Shown one piece after another: positions 1-10,261 of a stretch of 64,000 nucleotides of DNA. Each line of letters starts with the position of its first letter. Positions within the stretch are counted from its first letter, which is position 1. The stretch is from Parcubacteria group bacterium. GTDB lineage: Bacteria > Patescibacteriota > Minisyncoccia > UBA6257 > JACRHW01. The notes under the pieces are model-generated. The model worked only from the letters and a program-made list of their open reading frames with translations. It made no database searches and was not told the origin of the DNA. The stretch is from contig JACRHW010000017.1 of NCBI GenBank assembly GCA_016217555.1, positions 5,093 through 69,092 on the forward strand, written 5' to 3'. Position numbers and translations under genes: made by a program.

Positions 1-1
1 C

Positions 2-1279
2 GAGTCGGGATTGTTAAAAATAAAAGCGACACGGGTGGGAAGAGACTCTACACTCGAACGAATGGCAGAGCTTTTACGGCAGGCATCGATGCATAAGTCT
101 CATAGCGAAAAGCTTGCCGATCGGTTTGCGGGAATTTTTCTTCCTTTTGTTATCGTATTGGGAATTGTTACCTATTGGATAACGCACAATGTTTTTATGG
201 TTGCCTCATTGTTTCTTGTAGCATGCGCGGATGATATGGCAGTTGCTATTCCGCTTGCGATGACGGCCTCACTTGGATATGCAGCAAAACGTGGGGTCAT
301 TATAAAAGGCGGAGAGTGGCTTGGTGTACTTGGAAAGATAAAGACACTTGTGCTCGATAAAACAGGGACGCTTACGTATGGAGTGTTCGCAATTCAAGCG
401 GTGGATATTGAAAAGCATATTTCTGAGGAGCGATTTTTGCGTTTGGTGGGTAGGGCCGAAAAGTTTTCTGATCATCCTGTTGGCAAGACTATTTTTCGGT
501 CTGCTCTTCAAAAAATAGGTTCTCTTCCTGATCCAGAAGAAGTTAAAGCATACAAGGGGGGTGGAGTTTGGGCGCGTGTTGATGGTGTTGAAGTGGTGAT
601 AGGAAATGAGGCGATTCTTGAAGAACGAGGCATTGTTCTTCCCCACGGCGTCAAAACAAAACTGGAGGTGAGTCGTGAACGTTTCGGAGATACGGTGGTT
701 CTTATTTTCTTTGATGGCGAGTTTGCTGGTATGATCGCTGTTGCAGATGAACCTCGCGATGAAGCAAAAAGAAGTCTCTTGGCACTTAGGGAGATGGGAA
801 TTAGGAGCATCATGTTTACAGGAGACAATGAGCATGTAGCTTCACGAATTACAAACGCGCTTGGTGTGGATTCTTTTAAAGCATCTCTTTTTCCAGAAGA
901 TAAGGTGAGGGAGGTAGAATCTCTTGCAAAACAGGGGGTTGTCGCGATGGTAGGAGATGGAATAAATGATGCCCCATCGCTTGCCAGGGCAGATGTGGGT
1001 ATTGCGATGGGGAGCATAGGTACCGCTATTACTGTTGAAGCGGCAGATGTTGTTCTTCTCTCAGACAATCTTTCTCATATTCCCGAGTTAGTTCGGTTGG
1101 GGAAGAGAACTTCATCGGTCATTAAAGGAGATATGATCATTTGGCTTGTAACAAACTGTTTTGGTTTTATTATGGTGTTTACTGGCATTTTTGGTCCTAC
1201 TTTTGCGGCGCTCTATAATTTTCTTACTGATTTTCTTCCTCTCATAAATTCTGCACGACTGTTTCGTGACAAAGTATGA
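2..1279 (+). CDS. P1B-type heavy-metal-translocating P-type ATPase, C-terminal part; 5' end lies outside the window
   Basis: The frame is open from the window edge. Motifs DKTGTLT (phosphorylation site), SDHPV (HP motif) and MVGDGINDAPSL (hinge) are present, with C-terminal TM helices. Confidence 0.8.
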   Translation, partial: ESGLLKIKATRVGRDSTLERMAELLRQASMHKSHSEKLADRFAGIFLPFVIVLGIVTYWITHNVFMVASLFLVACADDMAVAIPLAMTASLGYAAKRGVIIKGGEWLGVLGKIKTLVLDKTGTLTYGVFAIQAVDIEKHISEERFLRLVGRAEKFSDHPVGKTIFRSALQKIGSLPDPEEVKAYKGGGVWARVDGVEVVIGNEAILEERGIVLPHGVKTKLEVSRERFGDTVVLIFFDGEFAGMIAVADEPRDEAKRSLLALREMGIRSIMFTGDNEHVASRITNALGVDSFKASLFPEDKVREVESLAKQGVVAMVGDGINDAPSLARADVGIAMGSIGTAITVEAADVVLLSDNLSHIPELVRLGKRTSSVIKGDMIIWLVTNCFGFIMVFTGIFGPTFAALYNFLTDFLPLINSARLFRDKV

Positions 1280-1323
1280 TATACTATAGATATGATAGAT
1301 ATGAGTAATAATAAAAAATAATT

Positions 1324-1800
1324 ATGTCATTTTTTCAAAAATTATTTTTGTTTTCAACCCGTGTAATAATGGGGTGGATGTTTTTTTATGCGGGATATAC
1401 AAAACTTGTTGATCCAAAATGGTCGGCTGAGGGGTATATCAAGGGGGCAAAGACATTTCATGGGTTTTATCAGATGCTTTTGTCTCCATCCCTACTCCCT
1501 GCTATCAATTTTATGAACGAATGGGGGCTTACCCTTCTCGGTGTTTCTCTTGTGTTGGGTGTCGGAGTCCGACTTAGTTCTTATTGCGGGGTATTACTAT
1601 TGGCACTTTATTATCTGGCGATTCTTCAGTTCCCATATCCAAATCCCCACGCCTATATTGTAGATGAGCACATCATTTATATAAGCGCTCTTTTGTTGCT
1701 TGCAAGTATGAAGGCGGGAAGGGTGTGGGGGCTTGAGACGTGGTGTTCAAAACTTCCCATTTGTAGGCGGTTTCCTCGTTTACGCGAATGGCTTGGATAG
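1324..1800 (+). CDS. DoxX-family small membrane protein
   Basis: 158 aa with 3-4 TM helices. The N-terminal pattern RVIMGWMFFYAGYTKL is typical of DoxX/DoxD-like proteins. Confidence 0.45.
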   Translation: MSFFQKLFLFSTRVIMGWMFFYAGYTKLVDPKWSAEGYIKGAKTFHGFYQMLLSPSLLPAINFMNEWGLTLLGVSLVLGVGVRLSSYCGVLLLALYYLAILQFPYPNPHAYIVDEHIIYISALLLLASMKAGRVWGLETWCSKLPICRRFPRLREWLG

Positions 1801-1975
1801 GGGATATGTAGCAGGGAGTAATTTAAAAACCACGCGTTGCGTGGTTTTTGTGTTTTATGATTTTTTAGGTGTTATACCATCCCTAACTAACCGGTTCCCT
1901 TTCCATGTCATTCTCACTTACGTCAGGAATGACAGAGAGACAAATGGAAAGAGAATGGGTTAATTGGAAATGGTA

Positions 1976-2908
1976 TTAGTGATGGGGGAGTTTTGGAACG
2001 AGTATATACATGAAATAGATAAGCCCTCCTGTGAGGCTGAAATAGTAGACGAGCCATTTTATTCTTGTGCTTCCGGAAATGATGTGGATTGGTTTTTCTT
2101 CTTTTTTGGGTAGTGTTTCGTGTCGGGTGTACTTAAATATCATGTAAAACAGGAAGTTAAGTAAGGTGACAAGTCCAATATCAAAGTTGTTTAGCCATGT
2201 GGGTTGGTTTCCGAAGCCCATAGACATGAGAACAATCATAATACATTCGCATACTATCCCAAGGATGAGCTTTGTGCGCGGGTGTATGTTAAAATCCGAT
2301 AATACAAGGACCCAGATGAGGAGCATCGATGGTTGCTTAAGAAGAACGGTAATACCAAGAAGTGTGAGCACGCCGATCCATTTAAACCATAGACCAATAA
2401 CCTTAGTAATTCTTCCGCCGTCGAGTGGGCTGAGTGGAATAAGGTTAAAGAGGTTAAGAAAGGCGGCAACATAGCTTAGGGCGAGGAAAAAGAGGTTTGT
2501 TGTCGGATTAAGGAGATATATTCCGTATGCCCCAAGAGCGGCGAGTGACCCCAAAAGTGGGCCACCATAGCCTACGAATGCTTCATCTTCTGGATGTTCG
2601 AAGGGTGGGGTGAAGATTGCTGCACCAAGAAAGGGGATAAAAATAGGTGCCGAGGTAGGAAGTCCTTTGATTTTGAGAGCAATAACATGCCCCATTTCGT
2701 GGATAAAAAGCATAACGACGAATCCAAGCGCAAACCACCATCCCCAGATAAAAGAATAGGAAAATACTGATACTATCATCGAAAGAATAAGCCAGAGAAC
2801 CTTCGTGAACTTAAGGAATTTCAACGCCTGAAGCGCCTTGAGGAGTTTTCCACCCTTGAAGACGATTGCAATAAAGGATCCAATAGGGGATCGTTTTTCT
2901 TGCATCAT
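1976..2908 (-). CDS. Peptidase M50 / site-2 protease family membrane metalloprotease
   Basis: HEMGH zinc motif lies within a TM helix, and NLIPLSPLDGGRI is the LDG motif of S2P. The protein is polytopic. Confidence 0.65.
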   Translation of the reverse strand: MMQEKRSPIGSFIAIVFKGGKLLKALQALKFLKFTKVLWLILSMIVSVFSYSFIWGWWFALGFVVMLFIHEMGHVIALKIKGLPTSAPIFIPFLGAAIFTPPFEHPEDEAFVGYGGPLLGSLAALGAYGIYLLNPTTNLFFLALSYVAAFLNLFNLIPLSPLDGGRITKVIGLWFKWIGVLTLLGITVLLKQPSMLLIWVLVLSDFNIHPRTKLILGIVCECIMIVLMSMGFGNQPTWLNNFDIGLVTLLNFLFYMIFKYTRHETLPKKEEKPIHIISGSTRIKWLVYYFSLTGGLIYFMYILVPKLPHH

Positions 2909-3058
2909 TTTGCCTCCATTTTTGTTTTCAAGAATCTAAGATAGGTGTACATGAAATCCTATGTGTTGTCAAAAACAGGAAGTGTGTAGATTTTTCCTTG
3001 TTTCGTGTGTTTCCTTTTGGTAAGATGAAGATATTATTAACAATAAGTATAATAGTAT

Positions 3059-3832
3059 ATGGAACAAAATATTAAAAATTATTTAGGTGTTGCAGGAATC
3101 ATTGCCATTCTTGCTGTGGCATATTCTAGTTATTCATATGTTGGGTCGTATGCGAGGTCAACAGATGTGAGGAGTTTTACGGTTTCAGCTGAAGGAAAAG
3201 CGATTGTATTGCCTGACGTAGCAAAATTTTCATTTAGTGTTATTACCGAAGGCGATAAGAACGTTGCTGACCTTCAGGGAGAAAATACAAAAAAAGTGAA
3301 CGACGCAATCAATTTTGTAATAGCGAAACACGTTGATAAAAAGGATATCAAAACCACAAATTATAATGTAACTCCTCGTTATCAGTATTCAAACTGTCCG
3401 CTTATGCAAAGCTCAAAACCATGTCCACCCCCATCAATCGCTGGATATACTATTTCCCAAGACGTTGAAGTTAGGGTTCGTGATTTCAGTGCAGTAGGGG
3501 ATATTCTTTCTGGTGTCGTGAGCAAGGGGGCTAATTCCGCTTCTGGGCTCTCTTTTACCGTAGATGATCAGACAAAGTATACGAATGAAGCACGTGCCGA
3601 GGCAATCCAAAAAGCGAAAGATCAGGCGAAGAGTATTGCACAGGCGGGTGGATTTCGATTGGGTCGTTTGGTATCGATACAAGAGGCGGGAGGGCAACAA
3701 CCATATGCGTATGATTCCTATGCTCCTAGTGGAATGATGAAGAGTTTTGCGGAGGTTGCGCCATCTCCTCGTATCGAGGCTGGTTCTAATGAAATAAAAA
3801 CATCCGTAACTCTTACCTACGAGATCGAGTAA
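3059..3832 (+). CDS. SIMPL/DUF541-family (YggE-like) periplasmic protein
   Basis: N-terminal signal anchor; the core shows a SIMPL-like pattern (GYTISQDVEVRVRDFSAVGDIL ... EARAEAIQKAKDQAKSIAQAGGFRLGRLVSI). Confidence 0.55.
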   Translation: MEQNIKNYLGVAGIIAILAVAYSSYSYVGSYARSTDVRSFTVSAEGKAIVLPDVAKFSFSVITEGDKNVADLQGENTKKVNDAINFVIAKHVDKKDIKTTNYNVTPRYQYSNCPLMQSSKPCPPPSIAGYTISQDVEVRVRDFSAVGDILSGVVSKGANSASGLSFTVDDQTKYTNEARAEAIQKAKDQAKSIAQAGGFRLGRLVSIQEAGGQQPYAYDSYAPSGMMKSFAEVAPSPRIEAGSNEIKTSVTLTYEIE

Positions 3833-4052
3833 CATCTATCTATTTTACGCATAGCTTTGTCAGAAACTACGTTTTTTATTCGCTGTACTGTCTTGTACAG
3901 CTCACAAAAAGCCTCGTTTCTTTCGCGCTCTGCATCAAAATATATAGATGTTATAGTATTTCCTGAGCTCGCCTGTGGTGAGTTTATCGAATCCATCGAG
4001 GACCCACTACTATTGTCCTATAAGCTATCAGCTAACACCTAAAAGCTAAACT

Positions 4053-4493
4053 ATGTTGAAACGACTTGCATTTGGGGCCACTCAATGGGTAGGCACCCCG
4101 CTTTCCATTCTTATACACACGCTGTTTTTTGTGGGTATTTTTGGTTTACGTTTTATTGGGATTGGTATTGATAGTATTCTCCTTATTCTCACGACGCTCG
4201 TCTCTCTTGAGGCTATCTATCTCGCTATTTTTATTCAGATGACGGTTAATCGGAGCATGGAGAGTCTGGCGGAGGTAGAGGACGATATCGAGAGTATCGA
4301 GGAGGAGGTGAAAGAGCTTGGTGATGACGTCGAGGATATTTCGGAGGATGTAAAGGGGCTTGAAAAGGATATGGATAAAATCCAGGAAGATGACGATGAT
4401 GATGAGAGTGCAACAAAAATGACACTCGAAAAGATTGAGGCAGGTCTCCAAAAGCTTCTCGCCGATATTGAACATCTCAAGAGTAAGCAATAA
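4053..4493 (+). CDS. Membrane protein resembling the bacterial low-affinity iron permease (Fet4-like) family, with an acidic coiled-coil C-terminus
   Basis: Pattern LKRLAxxATQWVGTPxS...TxxxLxAIYLAIFIQ...NRSMESL. Confidence 0.35.
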   Translation: MLKRLAFGATQWVGTPLSILIHTLFFVGIFGLRFIGIGIDSILLILTTLVSLEAIYLAIFIQMTVNRSMESLAEVEDDIESIEEEVKELGDDVEDISEDVKGLEKDMDKIQEDDDDDESATKMTLEKIEAGLQKLLADIEHLKSKQ

Positions 4494-4497
4494 GGAT

Positions 4498-5100
4498 ATG
4501 GACATTACGCATTTCCTTCAGACGTTTGGATATATAGGTGTCACCAGTCTCCTTATTACAGAGACTGGTTTGCTTGTTGGGTTCTTTTTGCCAGGAGACA
4601 CCTTGTTGTTTGCGATGGGGATTCTTATTTCACAACATATTTTTAATTTTCCTACTGCATTTCTCTCGATTATTGCTGGGGCACTTATTGGAGATACACT
4701 GGGATATATTATTGGTCGCGTGGCGGGGCCAATGGTATTCGCTCGCAAGGATTCTTTGTTTTTTGATCGTACGCACATTGAGGCGACACGTGAGTTTTAT
4801 AAAAAGCATGGATCACTCGCTGCGCTTATTGGCCATTTTTTTCCTATCGTACGTACTGCAGTGCCTACTTTTGCAGGGATAGGGCGTATGCATTTCCCCC
4901 GTTTCTTTCTCTGTGATTGTGTAGGAATAATAGTATGGGCATTTTCTTTTGTCTCACTTGGCTATTATTTTGGTGCAGCCATTCCTCATCTTGATAAATA
5001 TCTCGAAAAGGTGCTTCTTGGTATCTTTTTCATCTCCCTTTTGCCGGGTATTGTGCATTTTGTAATCCACAAATCAAAACTGAAGAAGACGCAACTTTGA
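4498..5100 (+). CDS. DedA/SNARE-associated family membrane protein
   Basis: Motif GLLVGFFLPGDTLLFAMG with a polytopic profile. The ATG at 4498 avoids overlap with the upstream gene; the track's start at 4435 is less likely. Confidence 0.6.
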   Translation: MDITHFLQTFGYIGVTSLLITETGLLVGFFLPGDTLLFAMGILISQHIFNFPTAFLSIIAGALIGDTLGYIIGRVAGPMVFARKDSLFFDRTHIEATREFYKKHGSLAALIGHFFPIVRTAVPTFAGIGRMHFPRFFLCDCVGIIVWAFSFVSLGYYFGAAIPHLDKYLEKVLLGIFFISLLPGIVHFVIHKSKLKKTQL

Positions 5101-5266
5101 CACAGCGTATTCAACTAGTTTAAAATAAGGACAATATCAATTTTTACATAATTTAGAAATAAATTAATTTTTAAAATTTATAGCAGAAGCATCAAAGGGC
5201 ATAGAAAAACCAAAAGAATCTCTCGTAGAAAAGGGCTTTAGTTGGCTTCTTAAGAAATTAAAATTA

Positions 5267-7744
5267 TTGTCTGAGAGTGATCTGAAATCAGAAGAGCGTG
5301 ATAATGAAGTACGAAAAGAAGGAGTTGTTTTTCAAGAAAAATTACGCGAACGAAATGAGTATGATGAAAAGCCTGATAGGGTTTTTGTTGTTTCTCGTGG
5401 CACGTTTGGGGAGTTTGAGGGGGCTATTACCAATCCAGAAGTATCATTGAAGGTTGGCGATCCAATCTTGTTAAAGAATCAAGAGGGAACAACGGTTGAT
5501 AGGCTAGTGACAGCGGAAGATGTTGAAAAACAACGCCTGATTAATAGCAATCGAGATTATCTTGGGGCTAAGGGTGGAGATCCTTTGCTTTGGGGCAGTG
5601 TTCAGGCTGAAGCCTGTAGTAAAAGAGCAGATGACATAAGCTCTAAATTATTAGAACTCCCTTCTTACAAAGGGGCTAATGCCAAGGAGCAAGTTGAATT
5701 AAGACAGATTTTTGGAGAGACTTCATCGCATATAGATAAGATGAAAGAGGACATGAAAGCTGAAAATGTTGAGAAGATGATTTCCGAGAAAATATTTTTT
5801 GGAAATGGGTCCGAAGAGGACGTTAAGAAATATAATTCTCTTCCGGAGGATCAAAAGAAGGCATTTAGAGAAGACAAGGTTAAGGATGTATTTTCTGGAA
5901 TAGCTGCGAAAGAAGTTGGAAAAATGAAACTTTCTGAAGAAGAGGCAATCCAAAAAATGGTAATAGAAGATATGGCAAAGCAGGGGAAGAATCCTACCAA
6001 AGAGGAGGTGTTGGATATTTTGAATGCTGGTGGTGGGGCTGGGAGGGTAGAGGCATTCGCTGAATTTAAGAGGAGGCAGCTGGAAGCAACAGAAAAAGAA
6101 AATATGTTTTGTGCGAATCAAGGAGATATTAAGGCGCTTGATCAGGCCCTCAAGGATTTAAATAATCCCGAGCTCAGTAAGGATAAAATTAAAGATGTTT
6201 TGCGCAAAATTAGTGGAAATTCTTTAAATGCTGCTGTTGATATTTCTTTCGCAAGGCAGGCAAAAAGAGATGGTTTTGATCGTGTATCAACTAAAGCTGC
6301 TGACCCGGAAATAATAGTACCACCAGTTGGTACGGATGGTACTTCTTCGTCGTGGATGCCGGGTGGGTATCCTGGAGAAAGGCATACTGTATCACCACTA
6401 CCACCCGAAGGGACACCGCCTCCATCATGGACTCCTGGTGGATATCCAGGAACTCGATATGATGTAAAGCCATTACCACCAGGAGGCCCAGGCCCTGGTC
6501 CGGATGGTCCTATTGGCCCAACGGGACCCGAAACCCCCCCCATTGGACCTCGTGGGCCAGAGAGAGTGGTATTTGTGCAGGATCTAAAAAATGAATACGA
6601 CCGATTGCGCGATGTATATATTATGGATCGTCGCGCAACGCGTGGAGCTGGTTTGGAGCGTGGAATTCTTGAGAGGGATAGAGCTGATATGGAACGCGCC
6701 AAGGAGGCGTATCTTGGTGCGCAGATGAGAGCTGCCATGGAGTCGGTGAGAAGCGCTACGGCAGGGATGGAGGGTGAGGAGGCCGCAAGGGCACAGACTG
6801 AGGCGCTTACAGCAATTGGACTTGATTTGAATACGCGACTTGATGCGCAATTCCTTCAAAGTGAACGCGAGCGTGAACCAAACGGATGGTATGCAAAATT
6901 TAATCGTTTTTGGATGAGTAAGGCGGGGAGTGCCGTGAAGGTGGTTGGTGGTGTTGGTTTAACCACAATCGGAGGATTCACGGGGTTGTTGCCGCTTGTT
7001 GGTCTTGGGACCACCATGGCTGCCTCTGGAATTGGGTGGGAGGCTGGTAAGGTTTGGAGCTTGGGAAGAAAAAACTGGGGAATGAATAAAATTAGGACGC
7101 CAGAAGAAATTGAACGCATGGCGCCAGAACAGGTAGATGTGGTGCTCAATTCTCAACGTGAACTTATGCGTAGGCAGGGTCGTGTGGATCCTGAACGCGT
7201 TGCTACGATACAAGCACTTGAGGCGCGACGTGATCAAATTCTACAAGAACGCATGAGGGAGCGTGTGCAACGCATGATTCTCGAGGAGGGCGGATTGTCG
7301 TCAGAGAATATCACACGAGCAACGACAGACGCGTTAAATCTTGAAAATGGTTCATTTCTAAGAACTGGTGAGGCGACAGATGAACGTGCTAGAGCTTGGG
7401 AGATACGAAGAAGGAAGATCGCTGGTATCGCGGGTGGTATAGGTGTCGGGCTTGCAAATTTGGCGGCTCAATGGGGTGCAGCCAGCGTCAATTTTGTAAA
7501 CGATGCGGCGACGCGTACTGCGATGAGAGCCGATTATAACAAGGATGGTGTTTGGAATTGGGTGAGAAATAATGGAAAAGAATATTGGGATACTGCGAGA
7601 CAAACATGGCATTCCACTGGTGGGACTGGTGGATTCTCTGGCGCAAAAGAAGTCATTCTCAATGTTCCAAATGAGGGCTTTGCATCATACTCATACCCTA
7701 GTCATCAATACCCGGCAGGATTCACCGAGGGTGTAACATTCTAA
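5267..7744 (+). CDS. Large hypothetical protein (825 aa) with a K/E-rich N-terminal half, a collagen-like Gly/Pro tract and one hydrophobic segment
   Basis: Long ORF with coding-like composition. Contains PGGYPGxRxxVxPLPP x2 and GPGPGPDGPIGPTGPETPPIGPRGPE. No recognisable catalytic motif. Confidence 0.5.
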   Translation: MSESDLKSEERDNEVRKEGVVFQEKLRERNEYDEKPDRVFVVSRGTFGEFEGAITNPEVSLKVGDPILLKNQEGTTVDRLVTAEDVEKQRLINSNRDYLGAKGGDPLLWGSVQAEACSKRADDISSKLLELPSYKGANAKEQVELRQIFGETSSHIDKMKEDMKAENVEKMISEKIFFGNGSEEDVKKYNSLPEDQKKAFREDKVKDVFSGIAAKEVGKMKLSEEEAIQKMVIEDMAKQGKNPTKEEVLDILNAGGGAGRVEAFAEFKRRQLEATEKENMFCANQGDIKALDQALKDLNNPELSKDKIKDVLRKISGNSLNAAVDISFARQAKRDGFDRVSTKAADPEIIVPPVGTDGTSSSWMPGGYPGERHTVSPLPPEGTPPPSWTPGGYPGTRYDVKPLPPGGPGPGPDGPIGPTGPETPPIGPRGPERVVFVQDLKNEYDRLRDVYIMDRRATRGAGLERGILERDRADMERAKEAYLGAQMRAAMESVRSATAGMEGEEAARAQTEALTAIGLDLNTRLDAQFLQSEREREPNGWYAKFNRFWMSKAGSAVKVVGGVGLTTIGGFTGLLPLVGLGTTMAASGIGWEAGKVWSLGRKNWGMNKIRTPEEIERMAPEQVDVVLNSQRELMRRQGRVDPERVATIQALEARRDQILQERMRERVQRMILEEGGLSSENITRATTDALNLENGSFLRTGEATDERARAWEIRRRKIAGIAGGIGVGLANLAAQWGAASVNFVNDAATRTAMRADYNKDGVWNWVRNNGKEYWDTARQTWHSTGGTGGFSGAKEVILNVPNEGFASYSYPSHQYPAGFTEGVTF

Positions 7745-7791
7745 GATAAAAATAGTCGAATATTATTATAATTTAATTTAAACTTTTAAAT

Positions 7792-8286
7792 ATGGCACAA
7801 CTAGTATTAAAAGAACTTATTGCGCGTTATCCGGAATTAAACCAAGATTTTTTCAAGGAGCTTGAGCTTGAAAATGTTCCTGAGGAGCAGAAAACTACAC
7901 TCATGGAGGCGTATTACGAAAATGTCGGAAGTCGTTTTATGGACACGGTTCTCACAGCACACTTAACTGATGAGCAAAAGAGTACATTGAGTGAAATTTT
8001 AGATCAGGAAAATGTAGACCAGGCTCCTGTCATTGATTTCTTGAATGAAAATGTTCCTGATTGGACAGAAATTCTGCAGGTACAAATGGCGCAGGCGAAG
8101 CTTGATTTGATGAATACCACAAAGCGTATTCAGGAGATGGCAAAACAGATTGTTGAGCAGCAGGCTCCAGCACAGCCCGCAGAGGCACCAATGCCAGTAG
8201 AGCCACAGCCTGTTGCTGTAGCGCCAGAGGAACCAAAACCAGCGGCCCCAGAACAGTCAGCACAGGAGCCAACACCGCTGCAGTAA
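7792..8286 (+). CDS. Hypothetical acidic protein with a Pro/Ala-rich C-terminal tail
   Basis: 164-aa ORF immediately downstream of the 825-aa protein. No known motif. Confidence 0.4.
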   Translation: MAQLVLKELIARYPELNQDFFKELELENVPEEQKTTLMEAYYENVGSRFMDTVLTAHLTDEQKSTLSEILDQENVDQAPVIDFLNENVPDWTEILQVQMAQAKLDLMNTTKRIQEMAKQIVEQQAPAQPAEAPMPVEPQPVAVAPEEPKPAAPEQSAQEPTPLQ

Positions 8287-8441
8287 CATTATTTGATTTG
8301 AATAGACAACAAAGCCCTTTTTCTAGGGTTTTGTGTTTTTGAGCTTAAACTATGGGAGTTGAATTTCCATAGTTTTTGAATTTTGGTAATAGTTGTGATA
8401 GCATATAACAATATGACGGTAGAAGATGTACAAAAAAAATA

Positions 8442-8699
8442 GTGCCTATTCTTGAGGAACATCGTGTAACTTACGCGGCTGTTTTTGGTAGTGTTGCACG
8501 TAATGAAGATACTCCCGAGAGCGATGTTGATTTGCTTGTTTGTTTACCTAGTCTAATGGGCATGTTTTCTTATATGCGTCTTATTCATGATCTTGAAACT
8601 TGTCTTAATAGAAAGGTAGATGTGGTAACGGAACAAAGTCTTAATAAATTTGTGAAGCCATACATAAAAGCCGATCTCAAAGTAATTTATGAAGGATGA
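8442..8699 (+). CDS. Minimal nucleotidyltransferase (MntA-like antitoxin of HepT/MntA-type TA pairs)
   Basis: VFGSVARNEDTPESDVDLLV is a GS...DxD nucleotidyltransferase motif. An upstream ATG at 8413 is separated from this frame by an A8 tract. Confidence 0.6.
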   Translation: MPILEEHRVTYAAVFGSVARNEDTPESDVDLLVCLPSLMGMFSYMRLIHDLETCLNRKVDVVTEQSLNKFVKPYIKADLKVIYEG

Positions 8700-8702
8700 T
8701 AG

Positions 8703-8880
8703 GGTATATATTGAACAGATATTAGAGGCAGTTGGTAAGATAAGGCAGTTTACCGAAGGAATAAACATGGAAGGATATTGCTGGTTTTCGTGATCGAGCA
8801 ATCCATGATTATTATCAAATCTTCCCGTCCTCGCAGATCATTTGAGTAGGCAATATTATTTTTAGTACAGGGTGTTTGGG
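8703..8880 (+). pseudogene. Decayed HepT/DUF86-like toxin remnant downstream of mntA
   Basis: Two frames encode ILEAVGKIRQFTEGI... and FRDRAIHDYYQI (the DUF86 RxxxxHxY motif), separated by a stop and a frameshift. The middle of the domain is missing. Confidence 0.4.
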
Positions 8881-8885
8881 TCAAC

Positions 8886-10061
8886 CTATTTTATATTTTT
8901 TGCGATTTCTACATCTCTTATTTTGTACATTCTTTTCATTGCAATCGATTTCATTGCGCGATTTGTGGTGTAGCCTATGATGGCGAGTGCGAGGAAATAC
9001 ATCATTCCAAATAGAGTAAATGTAGGGGGTTTTTGCGCAAATAGGCTGAGAATGCTTGCCCCTACCCCCATAGAGGTTACTACGGTGAGGCTTTGTATGG
9101 AGTTGTTCGTGCTCTGTGCTTGGAGGGTTTCAAAGAGTTTTATGGCCGAGGCAACATAATTTTTAGTCATTGTCCACAAATCCTTAATATATTCTAATGT
9201 GTCGCTCAATGCCTCATAGCGGAATTGTAAGACGTTGGCAAAATGACGAAGTGATTCTTTGTTTTTAAAGATTGTTTCGCGTGTATGAATGTAGGTACCC
9301 ATTTGGTTAATGCGCGCTTCGATAAAATTGATTGTCTTATTGTAACTCTCTATTTCATTTTTGAAGGTGCCTATATCTTTTCCGCGTATTTCACCGCGTT
9401 CTTTGACCTCTGCAATTTTTTCCCAGATAAGACGATGAAGATTTAAATAACGATGTACTTGTCCTTTGAATTCGCGTATAAATATCTGCTCATTAATAAA
9501 TTGTCCTATATTTGAAAATGGTTCTGAGAGGCTGTTAATAATATAAAGAATATCTCCTCTATAGATTTCAAACGAATCTGCTTTGATTTCAAAATACTTT
9601 TTCTGATGAAAATCCTTAAGAAGTTGTTCTATATCTTCTTTTGTCGCATTGTCGAGTACCACAAAATAAGGATAAATCGTTTTTATGTTCGCCAACTCTT
9701 TTGGTACAGGTGCTCCAAGGCTAAAAATGTAGCTTAACGCGGGGGAGAGCTTTTCTTCGTAGTAGGAGGTAAGTGCCTTAATATCTTTCTCAAGTTTTGA
9801 TTCGGGGTTCTTGTTAAGGACAATCAGGCCATCTTCATAAATAGTGATTTCAATCCCTTGTTTTTCGATGAGTTTTACATATTCAAAATCTTCTATGTTC
9901 ATCTCAAGAGAGTGGATTCCGAGCGCTTTTTGAAGGGTTTTTAGTTTTTCTTTGTCCAAATCCAAAGGCGATTCCGCATCGCGAAGAAAATCATATATTT
10001 CCGAGAGGTGTAGGGTCGTTCTCTGAAACCAACCCCTAATATATATTTTTTGTATAGTCAC
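8886..10061 (-). CDS. Hypothetical protein with two C-terminal TM helices
   Basis: 391-aa ORF with a soluble N-terminal domain and a C-terminal TM pair (SLTVVTSMGVGASILSLF ... LFGMMYFLALAIIGY). No GMN motif. Confidence 0.4.
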   Translation of the reverse strand: MTIQKIYIRGWFQRTTLHLSEIYDFLRDAESPLDLDKEKLKTLQKALGIHSLEMNIEDFEYVKLIEKQGIEITIYEDGLIVLNKNPESKLEKDIKALTSYYEEKLSPALSYIFSLGAPVPKELANIKTIYPYFVVLDNATKEDIEQLLKDFHQKKYFEIKADSFEIYRGDILYIINSLSEPFSNIGQFINEQIFIREFKGQVHRYLNLHRLIWEKIAEVKERGEIRGKDIGTFKNEIESYNKTINFIEARINQMGTYIHTRETIFKNKESLRHFANVLQFRYEALSDTLEYIKDLWTMTKNYVASAIKLFETLQAQSTNNSIQSLTVVTSMGVGASILSLFAQKPPTFTLFGMMYFLALAIIGYTTNRAMKSIAMKRMYKIRDVEIAKNIK

Positions 10062-10232
10062 ACGTGTAGAGCTTTTATTATATTTACATTATACCATACT
10101 GAAAGAATGTTAATTCACAACAAATCAAAAATCTGACGATCGTCATGAATTTGATTACATAAAGATAACCAAACATGAGTGGTATGATGTATCATACCAC
10201 TCATGTTTGGAGACAGGTAGGTTTTTAAAAAT

Positions 10233-10261
10233 TTGACATCATTGTTGGGGGGGGGTATTAT
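10233..10261 (+). promoter_or_regulatory. Sigma-70-type promoter TTGACA-N17-TATTAT with a G9 homopolymer in the spacer
   Basis: TTGACA lies at 10233-10238 and TATTAT at 10256-10261. G9 lies at 10247-10255. The ATG of the downstream gene is at 10284. Confidence 0.45.

Noticed and set aside
269-1068. Antisense ORFs inside the P-type ATPase gene, with similar shadow ORFs across the window (6142-6738, 10301-10978, 13673-14317, 61627-62505 and others)
   Set aside because: They are embedded on the opposite strand of strongly supported long genes and have no motifs. The ORF at 6142-6738 is simply the mirror of the Gly/Pro-rich tract.
8886-10061. CorA-like magnesium transporter assignment for the 391-aa protein
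   Set aside because: The C-terminal two-TM topology is similar, but the diagnostic GMN motif is absent (TSMGVGAS instead). It is left as a hypothetical membrane protein.
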